A stretch of DNA of 64,000 nucleotides. It comes from Hormiphora californensis. Its lineage: Eukaryota > Animalia > Ctenophora. The notes under the pieces are model-generated. The model searched no databases and had not been told where the DNA came from. It worked only from the letters and a program-made list of their open reading frames with translations. The stretch's first letter is position 1. The number at the start of each line of letters is the position of its first letter. This document shows, in pieces, positions 34,795-48,270 of this stretch. Both the position numbers and the translations under genes were made by a program. Location: contig CM035361.1 in assembly GCA_020137815.1 (NCBI GenBank), forward strand, positions 1,736,001-1,800,000, given 5' to 3'.

Positions 34795-36681
34795 AACCCA
34801 TATAATAATTTGTGAGGATAATTAGGATAGTAAAGGGAATTGCAGGGATAATTAAAATAACGGGGGGCCCGAATTAAAATATGCTGTCAAGGGTTGAAAT
34901 TAATATATTATCTATGGAAACTAAATAAGGGGGTCTAAATTAAAGGGGTTTTAAAATTTAAAATTGGTTTGGGGTTTAAAATAAAATTGGTGTGGGGGAA
35001 TACTGTAAAGGAATTATAAGGGATAATTTAAAACAAAGGAAAATGGGAAAAAAGAAAAGGGAGGAGGGGTAGAGAGAGAGAAGAAGGGGAAGGGGAGAGA
35101 GAGAGGGAGAGAGGGAGAGAGAAAGAGAAGAAGAAGAAGAGAGAAGAGAGCCCCCAAAGGCTTACCCCTTTTCCCCCATTCCCCATTTCCCCAGAAGAAA
35201 GAAGAAGGGGACCAAAAATTTAAGTACCCCCCCTAGGGAAGAAGCATAGGAAGAAAGGGATGGGATCAGTAGAGCCTATAAACGGGCCGATAGAGAGGAC
35301 TGAGAGGATGGGAAAAGGATGAAAGGGAAGGTTCCCTCTAGAAAGACATAATTAAAGCAAGAATGTATGGAAGGGTTTTCGTAATATAAAAAGTTGTTGA
35401 TTTTAAGATGAAAGGGGTATCTAAAAGACGTGCACCCGACAAAGGACGGGAAAAATTCTCATTTCTTTCCCCATTTTTCAAATGGGGGAATTAAATTTCC
35501 CGAATAACTTAGCCCCCAAAAAACCCCCTTTTCCGTAAAATTATTAGGAGTTTTGAATGAGGTTTTTTTGAAAGTAAAAGGGGAAATTTTAAATGGGGGG
35601 AAATTAAAAGGAACTTAAACATAAACCCTGCCAAAGTTTTGGTTAATGAAACAGCCTAAAAACAATGGGATAAAAATAAAAACCCAAAATGTTCAGTTGG
35701 TCTATTTGGGAATTTACTCCTTTCCAACTTCCTTTCCTCCTTCCCCCCCCCCTGGCCCCAACGCAAATTTAAACTTTAAAATTGATGGGAGGAGAGGACA
35801 CCGGCCGAAAAAAATGTGTTCATTTATTGTCAAACCAATGCCTTCTCAACCGTAAACCAAGAGAAGTGGGGGTTTTTGGGGGGTTTTGCTGTTTTCCCCG
35901 CTTTTCCCTTTTCCCCCAGCCAAAATCCTGGGGGGAAAAGGGTATAAAGATGGAAGGGGAGAGTTAAATAAAGCTAGGGTTTTTTTTCCCTATGTAATTT
36001 AATTCTCTCTTAATAGGAAAATGTTACAATTGGGACAAGGGGTGGTGGGTCAAAAGAGGGGCAAATAGACCATCGAAGGGGGGAAAGGGTTTATGGACTC
36101 CAGGGGGGAAGGAACCCCCAAGATGGCAACCAGCAATTAAAAATCCTAAAAACTCGGAGGGCGAAAAATTGGGGGCCCGGGAAACATATCCATCCAAAGG
36201 ATCTTAGCAGGGGCCGAAATTTTGAAAACCCCAAATGAGTACTAACAACCCAAAAAAAGCCCTCCAGGGAGGAGAAATGAATTGAACCAAAAGTTGCTAT
36301 CGTTACCGGGATGCTCGGGGGAAAGGCTTTTGCCCGGTAAATCGGGGTGCCCGGTATATCGGGGTCAAATACTGTTCAAATCCTATATCCGGGGAAGTTT
36401 ATCCTCCAGGTAAATCGGGGTTCCGGTAAATCGGGGTCCGGTAAATCGGGGTCCGACTGTAATCGTGAGATTCAAGTGATTATTATTCCAGCGGTCTCTC
36501 TTTAGTTGAAAAATTCTCGATTCCTTTGTTATTTTAGGAGTCATTTCTGTTATTTGTTATTTCAAGAGTTCCCTTCTCCATCATGTTTACATAATCAAAT
36601 TATGAATTTTCATATAAAAAGTTACGGAAACTACTAAAGCTCACTCTCTCTTTCTCGATTTGCAGTTTGCTGGGTCCCAAC

Positions 36682-37638
36682 ATGGCAACTCTAACTCTCC
36701 TTCTTTTTGCAACTCTTGCACTGGCTAGTACTGTTACCAGTATGTCAGATCCAGATTCATATGTCACCAGTACTATGCCACCAGAGCATGTTACATCAAA
36801 TGTCGAGTACAACCCCCATTTCCACCTCGCCACTGGACCACAGGGGGGAAAGGTTACCAAACACGGATTATCAAAGAACGGTGCTGGAACGGTTGTCGTC
36901 AACAACTCATACCTTCTTTGCCCACCACTCCAAGGCAACTACTCTACCGCACTCCTCAACCGGGTCTGCAGGGACAGCGGCTTTGAAACGATGATAAAAG
37001 TTCTACCCCGGTACCAGACACTGCACTCGGAGAGGGCTGGTTATCAGTGGGCGAGAGGACTAGAGAGGGTTTTGATAAGTGGTTGTCCCGATGCTGATAA
37101 TTGTGATCTCAACGAGGATAACATTCTACGAATGTATGATCACGTCTGCAGTATTGATGAAGTGTTGACGGTTTACTGCTCCGGTAAGAGGTTCATCGTC
37201 AAAGAGTTTGCAATCCTGGCCAACCCAACAGGGGAACGTGGCGATTGGGAGAACCGTGTGACCCGTGATTTCAGCAAGTATTCAACCAATGCTGGGAGTC
37301 TGGTGCTATATCTCCACGATGTCCGGACTGATAAAACTGTAACAAGCCTGGTTAAAGTACCCTCCTACTCCAGCAGCTACTTCTCCTACGCGGTCAGTGC
37401 GATCTGCAAGTGGCAGGGCTACCCCCGAGGGGGTTCCTACAACAAACACGCCGCAGTGACCTACAAGGAGCGTCTCAGTGTTGGGTTTATGGAGCAGAAT
37501 CTGATTGGAACGATGGTCCATACTATGAGCTGCACTTCCAGGAAGATCAGGGAGCCGCTGAAGGATTGTGAGTTTGGTGTCATGGAGGATGAGGAGTTTG
37601 ATCCGGAGGAAAGTGTCGTGGTAGCGTGCATTAATTAG
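36682..37638 (+). CDS. Intronless secreted Cys-rich protein with two divergent SRCR-like repeats, antisense within the GDPD locus
   Basis: Signal peptide MATLTLLLFATLALA; RVCRDSGF and AICKWQGY motifs; repeats end LTVYC and VVVAC. The domain call is inference. Confidence 0.7.
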   Translation: MATLTLLLFATLALASTVTSMSDPDSYVTSTMPPEHVTSNVEYNPHFHLATGPQGGKVTKHGLSKNGAGTVVVNNSYLLCPPLQGNYSTALLNRVCRDSGFETMIKVLPRYQTLHSERAGYQWARGLERVLISGCPDADNCDLNEDNILRMYDHVCSIDEVLTVYCSGKRFIVKEFAILANPTGERGDWENRVTRDFSKYSTNAGSLVLYLHDVRTDKTVTSLVKVPSYSSSYFSYAVSAICKWQGYPRGGSYNKHAAVTYKERLSVGFMEQNLIGTMVHTMSCTSRKIREPLKDCEFGVMEDEEFDPEESVVVACIN

Positions 37639-37802
37639 AGGGTTGGGAGGAATTGTGAAGAACTAAGAACTTAATATTAAAATATTCTGAGTTTTACCCG
37701 ATTCATGATGTCAAAGAAATCATATAAGCTTATCTTTATACTCTACTCAATATATTACATCATTAATTACCCAATTAATCTTGTGATCTGCAGTTTACAA
37801 AC

Positions 37803-40510
37803 CTGTTGCACATGATAGGGGTGATAAGGTGACAAAACCAGGCTGGCCATGTCGACAGGAAACCACTCTTGTTACTTATATTAGGGATCGGAATCTGAAA
37901 CATTTTTCAAATTATTTTATTGAAAAGATAATGCAAGCGTAAAGTTTTACAGAGAAATTCATAACATTGTACACACAGTCTTTGTACTTCAGTAAGAGTA
38001 TTTTTTATGTTCTTTGCTTTTCTGGAGAAAATTGTTTTAACACAATTTTCACCGGCACACAAACTCTACACCCAGTACTGCACAGTACATGTTATAGACT
38101 GGCCGTGCACTGGTTTTGGTGTACAGTCGGACCCCTACCGGTACCAGATATATAATACCGCCTACCGGAGCCCCGATTTACCGGGCAAATTACATTCCCT
38201 GAGCATGCCGGTAAATCGGGATACATATCGAGAGGCACGGATTATAGTAAGAATTGACAATACATACCTGATAAAACTGAGCTTTGATAGGTACGAAGGG
38301 GAGAAGTCCAATCAACAATAGAAAACCATAAATCCCACATTCAAACATCGAACAAAACGTCAACCTGGAGAGATATCAAAACATTTAAAACATTACTTCT
38401 AAGATTTATTGTCGGTGTAAAGATTGCCATCATTGTCTTTCATTTAAACTGTGTATAGCGGACATGAAATACTTACATTTTAGGGTTGTAAGCTCGGCAG
38501 CTCTCTGTTCTCCGGTGACTGAATGCACCCCATATTGTGAGGTGTTCCCGGTGGTACTTTTCAGTTAGTCTTGATACTTCCTTGAGCATAGGTGAACCAC
38601 CAAACTTAACGTCAATCTGCATCGGCACCTAGAGGAGTAACGGATCTAGCTAGGATGAAGCTCACTTGACTTTTGAAGATATTGATTGAGCGGATTGAGA
38701 GGGAGAGAGAGGGAGAGGGTGAGAAATTTGAATCATTCAGGCTACCTCTGGAAACTCCCTATAGAGATCCTCTAACAGTAACAAGGGCTCCTGTCTCTCA
38801 GTCCTCAGGAAATCACCAGGCTCACACGCCACCTCGATTTCCTTTAGGAGGGGAGGGAGTTTTGCGTAGGGTAAAGATGATATTGTGGTCACCGTACCAC
38901 ACACCCTTGATAGGTCATCATCATGGCACACTATTATCTCTCCATCACTTGTCATCTGTGGAGGGAGAGGTTTCAATTTTTATAACCGAGCTCTGAATTC
39001 TTGAAGCAGCCGGGTAGGGTCGGACCTGGGGAGTCATTCTGGCGAAGTCATTCTGACGATTGCTTATACTGTGTGAATCAGAAATCACCCAGGTGACATA
39101 CGTCATACAGATGTGCAAGTCTTGAAACTGAACACTGAGTAAGTTGTGATGTATCTTGCACGATCGATACCATACATCAAGTGACTAGTACAGTATACTG
39201 AACCTAATTAGGATTCACAATACACGAGTTTTATCACAACAAGAATCATTGCATTATGTATTCATAATGCTGTGTTTCCCTGCCCTCCCGCCCGGTGCCC
39301 GGATATTGCAAATACCCAAGAGATTAATGCCCTTAATTTGGCAGCAAATCTAGGGCGAGGCAGCAAATTGATCTAACCGGTGACCTTTTTTAGATAACTA
39401 ATTGATAAGATTATGCTGCCAGCAGCAATTGGACCGATCGCGGACTGCCATCGGACAAATTTCGATTCACGAGGCAGCAAATCGGCAGCAAATTGAAAAA
39501 ATTTTGGCAGCAAAATTGACACGCGAAATCCGTATTTATCGAAAATTTTTATAATCCGGGCACCGGGCCCTCCCGTTTCACGTGTCACTGTCAACAGGAT
39601 CAAGGCTTGGTCATAATGTAATGTGAGATGCATACGATCTAGCTGTCAGTATACTTCTCACATAGCTTAGTTTACTCACATGACACTTGCTAACCAGCTT
39701 TTGACATTCCAACTTAACTACTTATCTAACCTCTCACACTCGACTCGCAACATGACAATGTGTATGTAACACGCGAAACACGCGGCAGCGCTATTCATGT
39801 TTTGTTGAGTGGCGCGCGCATACACATCCATCAAACTGTGTCATTGTATGTTTTGATAAAGGAGCACCTTGTTGTTGTGCGTGCGGATCAGTTGCTACGC
39901 TGAGTACACCGGGTGGTACCGGGTTGCCCCTCGCAACGAAAGTGTGACCAAAATGGTCCCTCTACCGATTAGTTAGTATACCAAAATGTCGTTTTCGAAT
40001 TCTAACCCTGCTATGCCTTTTTGCAAAGCAAAAAGGCATCCGGGTGGATGCTTTCGGCATCCACCCGGGCAGGGAAATAAAAATTAAAATGTGAACAAGT
40101 CCCATGTTCACAGTAAACAGTTGTAGTACATGTTAATATACCTGGACATCGAGCTCAAAAAGGTCAACACCTAGTGTTTGGGCATGTTTGAAAGCTACCA
40201 TGGTGTTTTCTGTTCTCTCTCCTCCGCCGCCTCGGTGGGCCATTGTCCGGTAGGGAAAGGGAATCTGAAATCAGGTAGGGGGTAAAATAAACAAAAGTAG
40301 ACTTTTGTTTAAAAATTCAAAATATAATCGGGATTGAGGGGAAGTATTATGCAAAGACCGCGGTCTTTCCCATTTTTTATTTCTCGGTCGACCGAAAAAA
40401 AAATGGGAGAGTTCTAACCTGTTTTGTGCGATGTAATATTTGAGGGTAGAAGTATAAAATGGTTGATGTAAGAAAGTATCCGCTGGCGACGGCGTAACAT
40501 AGTATGATGA
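37803..40510 (-). CDS. Glycerophosphodiester phosphodiesterase, GDPD1/GDPD3-like lysophospholipase D; start and last exons not found
   Basis: Exons 40419-40510 (TM segment, YPQILH), 40142-40264 (AHRGGGGERTENT..ELDVQ), 38746-38955 (IVCHDDDLSR), 38477-38628 (IDVK), 38268-38364 (GLLPFVPIK), 37803-37894. Confidence 0.88.
39276..40077. mobile_element. Intronic element containing a nested MITE (39291-39567)
   Basis: Outer ends TTTCCCTGCCC/GGGCAGGGAAA; inner TIR CCCGGTGCCCGGAT with 8-bp TSD CCCTCCCG. Confidence 0.7.
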
Positions 40511-40923
40511 CTAAAACAAAATGGGAATTTGGTTATTGCATGAGTCAGATGAAAATTAAAATCAATCGATTTGTTTTATAGAGATAAAGTAATAAATAAA
40601 GTCTGGAATAAATGTTCAACGAACTACTTTTACAATTATATTAAAATTGAAATAAAAACAAAGTAGCTATGTAACTCGATTATATGCTTGGACTATTTCA
40701 TCCCTTGTTCAGAGAAGTGACGCTGTAAAATTCTCCCAACTCACGTCCAAAGTAACAACGTGTGGTTAAAAAAGCTGATAATTTAGTATAGACTATAGAG
40801 TAACAGCAGCAGTAACTCTTTCACCCGCCAGAAAACTGATCATGACAAAAGGATGGGAACTAAAGCCATTTATATCAGATTGGTGGGACCGATATTTATT
40901 GACCTGGCACTGTAATTCACACT

Positions 40924-43900
40924 TCACTGTTTGCTTAAAAGTTTTCTAAGTTCACATGTAAAGATGGCCATTCGAATTAAAGGGTGGTTGTGCGAACCAG
41001 AGTTCTTTTTCAAGGATTTCAGTGCTGTTGTGATAGATTTATCCGTTAGCCCATCGTACCTACAGGTAGGGAAGATGTTAGACAACAAACGGGAGGATAA
41101 ATTTCCCCCAATATTGGGAATTAATGGGATTTGACCCCGATATACCGGGCACCCCGATTTACCGGGCAAAACCCTTTCCCCCGAGGATCCCGGAAAATCG
41201 GGGTCCGACTGTACATTCAATCCCTCTCTTGGTGGCAATGCCAATGCTCCAAAAAATTCCTTCAAACCTGAATCTAAGTAGCGCATACACATCCTCCACA
41301 TTTTCAACACATGCCGGGTGGTGTTTTCCTGACCAGCAATTACAAAACTTTTCCAAACACTGTGCTAACTCTCTGAAAGGTTTCAAAATGTTACTCTTGT
41401 ATTAGTTAATGTAACAATCTTTCTTTTGCTCTCTCTTTAGTAAAAGTAACGATCTCACTTTTAGAATGCTCTCACACCTGATCTCCATAAAATTACCTAT
41501 CTTCTTCTGATAAAGTCGGAGTTGAAGTTGTTACGGCAACTGTTTTTAGTGTAGCATTGGTAGGAGGTCCTGAAATGGTTTATGACATAAGTAACATGGT
41601 TTGGTGAATCTCTAGATATTCGTCTACACAGCTAGGTCCTTGTTTCAAGCTTTAATGCCGGGTCAAATCCAGTATTTTTCTGGCATTTGTCCTTACTCTT
41701 TATCGTTCATGGTACGAAAATATTCACGAAGAAATACAAGTTTCACTGTTACCTTTCTTATCCCACCCCTTGCCAAAGATGACAACTTTCGAACTATCAT
41801 TATCTTCGCCGGTTCCACTATCTTTCTCTGTTTCGGGTTCTGACTTTTCAGGCTGATAAAAAGTTACGAAATTACATAATATAATCAGTAATACAACTTG
41901 GCAAACTACTTCTTATCTTTCTCTCTCTTTCTCTTTATCTTGATTCTCACAGACTGAAAAACCTCGGAATCCTAGGTTTCTAATAAGATGTCAAACAAAC
42001 AAACATCAGAATCCTAGGTTTCTAACTCCTAAGACGTCTTTAACAAACAAACAAACCTCAGAGTCGAATATCAGTTCATCTTGGGCGGGGTTAATATCAA
42101 ATTCTTCCTCCTTGTTTTCTGGTAAGGGAGTTTTTAGCCCATTTCTAGGAGTCTTCAGTAGATCCTCATCTGATATAGGCTGGTAGGTATCAGGCCAAGG
42201 AAAATCTTGTGATGGACGGTCAACATATTTCGATGAAGGAGGGACATATTTCGATGAAGGAAGGATAGGTGGTGAAGGAGATACATTGTTAGTCTCTAAA
42301 TTTGGAGATGTAGAATTCTGGGTAGGGGGAGATGGGAGAGGGGTTGTCTCTATCTCCATATCCTGGGTAATGGGAGATGGTGCTGGAGGAGATGGGTTTG
42401 TTGGGTTCTGAGGAGGGGGAGGCGGTGGAGGGGTAGTTTCTATCTCCATATCCTCGGTTTGAGAGGGAGGTAGTTGGCCTTCTGAGAGTTGTGATAAAGG
42501 ATCACTTTCTTTTTGCACGTTTGTTTCAAGGTCGCCACCTTTGGCATTTTCTGCTACTTCTGTCTCGTCTTTATTTACTTCATCACTCTCCGCTTTTTCC
42601 ACTTCTTTATTCTTCACTTTTTCTACTTCCTCCCCAGTTCTTTCTGTCGCACTTTCAATAACGAAACTTGAATCTGGATCGCCTGTCTGTTTTACAAATG
42701 ATTTGTTTCCAGTGGAGCGTGTTTTGTAAGGAGTCCTCGATATTGTAGAGTCCGGACTGTCCGTTATACTGAGAATAGAAGGTTTATTTGACAGAAGCTT
42801 TCGGAAACGCTGTGTTTCTTGTCTCCAGAGAAAGGAAGGAATTGCAAGAAATAGGAAGCACAATAATCTTCTTCCCATCACAGCAATAACAAAAACACTT
42901 GGCATGTAGGAGAGAGAGGGTCGAACAAAGAAAAACACAAACCTTTTCTCGACGAGGAAGCTCTGTTCAACAGAGACTGTGGTATCACACCGCGATGCCT
43001 CGAGCATTCCCCGATCAAGCTCCGAATCAATAAACTCATCATCAATAGCAGGATGGTCAGGTTCATTTGATGATGTATCAGTGGGATGTTCAGGTTGATC
43101 CGTAGCAACTTTATCATCAACCACCACATCTTTAATCCTGGTAGTCTGATGTACAAGAGCTGATACCACTACATTCTCGGATGCGTTGCTAAGCAACAGA
43201 TCCACCAACATTCCGTGGTAGTCATCCTTCTCTTCAGTTGTTAGTCTTCTTCGTTTCCGAATATTTCCTGGTGAAAATAGGGTTTTGTTACTACTGTCTA
43301 CAGTCCACTATAGTTCTTCTCTGATCTAGAGAAACCAAATAATATATTCAGACTTCTTTCACTGCCAATTTTTGTTTGCAACGGAAAGGGGGGCTCTCGC
43401 TACCCCTCTTGTAATATTTGATACCTTGGTGAGAATCGCATGAAAACTAGTATGAGAGAAAAGTGTGTGTGTGTGTATTTTGACCTGATGGACCTAAACC
43501 TGCTTCCGGCTACCTGTTCAAGCACTGCAAATGGATGGAAACACCTTCTCAGCAATCAACCCTCGCAACAAAACAGATAAACTTGTCGTTTTTATTGTCA
43601 GTTACTATCCCGTTGATTTTTCTAGATTGTATGTCTGTCGCGAGTTAGTCAGTTAACTCAATTTTGAGTCAGTCAGTTAGTCAGTCAGTCAGTCAGTCAG
43701 TCAGTCATTCAGTCAGTCAGTCAGTCAGTCAGTCAGTCAGTCAGTCAGTCAGTCAGTCAGTCAGTCAGTCAGTCAGTCAGTCAGTCAGTCAGTCAGTCAG
43801 TCAGTCAGTCAGTCAGTCAGTCAGTCAGTCAGTCAGTCAGTCAGTCAGTCAGTCAGTCAGTCAGTCAGTCAGTCAGTCAGTCAGTCAGTCAGTCAGTCAG

Positions 43901-44907
43901 TCAGTCAGTCAGTCAGTCAGTCAGTCAGTCAGTCAGTCAATCTCTTCACTTTCTATTTTTCAGGATAGTGTCATTAGGTACCTTTATTTTCATCCCTATT
44001 ACTACATAGTCCCCTTTCTAGTCAGCTTCCCTTTTCTCCTCGGCTGCATGTCATCTTTTTATCAGTTTTTGGGAGATGTTGCTTCCCCTCACCTCGACAA
44101 CCATCATCATTTTATTTCTACGCTGGACCTCACCTCAGTTCCCTCTTATATCTGCCACGGCCCCTTATTTCATGGCAGGCGCCATGCATGTTTCGCACCA
44201 TCAGCTGCAATCATTCGGATAATTGGTTGCATATTCCTCATGTATTTTATTCTTCCCGCCAGGATTCATTTCTTGTGATCCCCCCCCCCTAGGTGCCCAC
44301 TAGTCTGGGAGATGGACACTTGCCCTGCGGTGTTTAATTTATAGTCATAGTTTTGTTTATAAACATTTATGGGTCAGCGTGGGAACTGGGAAGGGGATAT
44401 CATTTTGCGTTACCAAGAGGGGAGGTGCCATCCTTTTTGGGTGGGTTCGGAGGAATTCTGAGTACCGAGTAATTCAGGGTGGCCCATAGGAAGGGGATAT
44501 TAATTTGCATTAACCATAGGGGAGGTGCCATTTTCACCCTCTCTATCACCGGTTCCAGTTTCATTTAACTGGCATATCATATTCATTATGTGTTTTATGT
44601 GTTACAGCATTACTAACCTAGGCCCTAGACTCTGGCATTCGCAGGGCACCTCTCACATGAGAAAGGGGTAAGTTCATGCGCCCACCCCTCAATTACATTC
44701 CCCAGGTACAACTGTCTATAGGCGGATAGACTAAAACAACCACCATCATTTACGCATTTTTAGGGTTCCGGAATCCGATTGTTTCTTCCCCTGCCCCTCT
44801 CTTCTTCTAAGGTCTTCTTCCGCATTCTTCTTGGCTAATCCGTCTCTTCTTCCTGTTCTCTCCGCTCTATCTCTCCCCGCCCTCCTCCCCTATCTCTCTC
44901 GCTCACT

Positions 44908-45002
<95 letters not shown>

Positions 45003-45008
45003 TCTCTA

Positions 45009-45088
<80 letters not shown>

Positions 45089-45612
45089 CCTCTCTCGCTA
45101 TCTTTAACTCTTTCTCTCCCATTCTTTCTCATTTATCCACCGGGGTAGAGTTGGGGTGAGGGTTAGGGTTCCTTAGGCTAGGTGGAAAGTGCCACAGCCT
45201 GTCGTACAGTGCCACAGGCTGTGGTATACTGACCATCTACACAAAGTTTGGCACAACACGCAAGTCAACTCAGCCAGCACCTTACCGCAGCTAAATGCGT
45301 ACATCACAAGCCACTCATCCACGTCACCTACCCGGCCTTTTCTTCCGGTCACCATTTACCCTGGAGAGAGGAGTACCGAACCCACATTTGCGCCTGGGGA
45401 TTTCCGGGGGAGGGGGGGGGGGGCTTAGGGAGTGGTGGTGGCTGTCTGTTATGGTGCTGAACTGCAGCAGCTGCAGTATCCATCCAGACTGGGCGGGTTT
45501 GCGTCTTAGCTAAGGCCGAGGGTATTGGTGGTTGGTAGTCCTTTCCCGCAAAAGTGGATCCGGTCGGTAGTCCTCTCCTTCTGCCCCCCTCTCTCTGATA
45601 TCTCTCTTTCTC

Positions 45613-45653
<41 letters not shown>

Positions 45654-47554
45654 ACTCTCTCTCTCTCTCTCTCTTTCTCACTCACTCTCTCTCGCTATGG
45701 ACAGTCTGTCGATAGGAGCCAGCCGGGATTATTTCTTTATATGCATGGTGTATATCGAATGTATCCCTTTCTCTATCTATCTTAATCTATCTCTCTCCTC
45801 TCTCTCCTTTTCTATATATCTTTACCCTTGAGCTTAACCATTTTCACGAACACTATCAAATTGCACGATCAGCACACGGCGTTCACTCCCGTCTCACACA
45901 CGAACATATACATGCTTGCTCACGAACATTTGACCCCGCTTCCACACCCTGCTTTTCAACTAGTCTCTAGGGTGTCGTCATATGCTATGCCAAGAAGTTT
46001 AATTGACTATATACTGCTAGTCTAACTTTCCGTGATTGGTCAAAAAGACATAGAGCACCAGAGATTGGGTGCTTGTAGTATACGGAAGTCCGAGGTCAAT
46101 TAAATGGCTGCAGAGATGATATCTGTCAAACTCCACCTCACATGTATGTTATATAGACGCTGTCAGACTTAGCCCGCCTGACCTGCCTTCGTGATTGAAG
46201 CAAATAGGGTCAGCAATTGCCTGACAGGGTTCACATGATGTGGTGGGGGGTGACAGATATAGGAACGATGAGGAAATAAAAAAAAAAAAAAAAAAAAAAA
46301 CAAATAATAAACAACACATTTGCGGAACAATTAATTAATCTCTGATTGTGTATCTGGTGTCTACCTGCAGTAGTGGTAGCTGCCTCCTCGCTGTCAGACG
46401 AGGGTCTCTTGTTGGAGCGTCTGTTGGTTTCTTGAGTTGTTGCAGTGGTGGGGTCAACTGAAATTAATTGCCTTGGATTAATTGATGTTTCAGAGATCAG
46501 CCATCAGGTAGCCTAATACACATGCAGGTAGCAACTAGCAGGTCAAGTACATGTAACATTTTGGTACCAGTTTAAGAGAAGCATTTCAAACCTGGACTAA
46601 GAGGATAAAGATCACAAGAAAAATCAGGAGGAAAAGTGAACGGTTCAAGTATTGCTGAAAACTCAAGACCCGTGGTGGCAGGAATTACAACGTCTCGAGT
46701 ATCCACAAATACCAGATCCTAAAGAAACAACAATTTAGTTATTGCTCTGAGGGATCTATTAAAGTATAACTCCAATGAACCGGTGTTTACTCTAATTTAC
46801 CGGAGATCTAGAATGTTTACTCCAATTCCGGGGATCTAAAAAAGTTTTCACTTTACCGGTAGTATGGTTTTCCCTAGCAAGTCCTGAATTTTGTTTAACC
46901 GGGGATCCAGCCACTTCATATCTTCATCAGCAGGGTAATGTTTATCAGTGAGCAGCACGTGTTCAGGCAAACGTGCTATCTTTTCATACACAGGGAACTT
47001 CCTGGGAGAAAGACTTTCAATTATAATTAGGTTTGCTAACTTTTAACCACATTTTCAATCATTACATCAAGTGGATGGATAAAAACAAATACCTGAACAG
47101 AGCAGCCCCATAGTTAGCAGATTCCTCAGATTCAATGAGGGTATGGGAAGAGGTGCATTGTTGATTTAAAAACTTTTTTCTCCGATCGAATGCATCCTTG
47201 GCCTGATTGTACTCGAGCCGCGGATCAAATGTCCTGCCTACCTGTAATGGGTAGGTTATTAGTGACAAACAAACAAATAAGGAAACGCACAAACACACAA
47301 ACAAACAAACAAACAAACGCACATAACAAACGCACAAACAAACAAACAAACAAACAAACAAACAAACAAACAAACAAACAAACAAACAAACAAACAAACA
47401 AACAAACAAACAAACAAACAAACAAACAAACAAACCAGTGGTTCGAGGGGGATAACAAACAAACACACAAACCAGTGGTTCGAGGGGGATAACAAACAAA
47501 TAAACAAACCAGTGGTTCGAGGGGGATGATCACTTCCACCTCGTCATCACACAT
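40924..47554 (-). CDS. Uncharacterised ~700-aa protein with an acidic/Pro-rich middle
   Basis: Phase-consistent exons ~47540-47554, 47093-47241, 46857-47001, 46592-46718, 46365-46457, 42943-43267, ~42057-42822, ~41753-41852, ~41497-41569, ~41268-41372, 40924-41059. No family recognised. Confidence 0.65.
43345..46300 (+). mobile_element. ~2.96-kb non-coding poly(A)-tailed retro-insertion
   Basis: Poly(A) 46278-46300; TSD CAAATAATA at 43336-43344 and 46301-46309; contains (CAGT)n and (CT)n; no RT ORF. Confidence 0.7.
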
Positions 47555-48270
47555 CCGGTCCTCTTGTTCTCAGCAACTTCACCCAGAGATCAGGAACTTT
47601 TTGTTTTTACCCACAGATATCAAGTGGCGATTATTATGATACCAGTGTTATTGCCACGGTGATTAGTTATTTAGTTGCCTCATCTGGCCATTATAGATCA
47701 CACTAGAAAATGAGTTTAGAAGAATGAGGTTTGGAAGGTTTGCAAGGTTTCAGTTGGAAACATTAAAACTAATCGTTAACGGAAAATATTACTTTAAATT
47801 ATTTAATATTTAGAGGATTACAATTATAAATATATTACAGTAGATGAGACTAGATCACACTAGAGCCACTCGACCCCAATATTTCTTGGGCGAAATGAAA
47901 TTAACTTTTCTCGACCCTTCCTAACGTCTACCCAACTGCATAACATACAAACATTACAAACACGCGTTAACAACCCTGAAAATGGGCCGGCAAATATTCT
48001 GATCTAAAAACGGAGGTTTTACATGCTGCATATAATTATGGTAACCATGGTAGCCATGGTAACGAAATTACCCCTCATGGAGGCATCGCGGTAGGTAGGT
48101 AGGGGTAATTTCGTTACCAAATGATAACCATGGTAACATATAGAATATTTTATATCTACAAATTACAAGCACAGCTACAACTAAAGATATGACCTGGTAA
48201 CAATAAACAGTTTTTCGAGTTCTGACAAAAAAGGGCGATCACAGGATATCATCTGTTATCAGATCTGCTA

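Noticed and set aside
43664-45785. ORFs rich in SQSV and LSLS
   Set aside because: Microsatellite translations.
47530-47554. MCDDEV resembling an actin N-terminus
   Set aside because: Downstream exons show no actin similarity.
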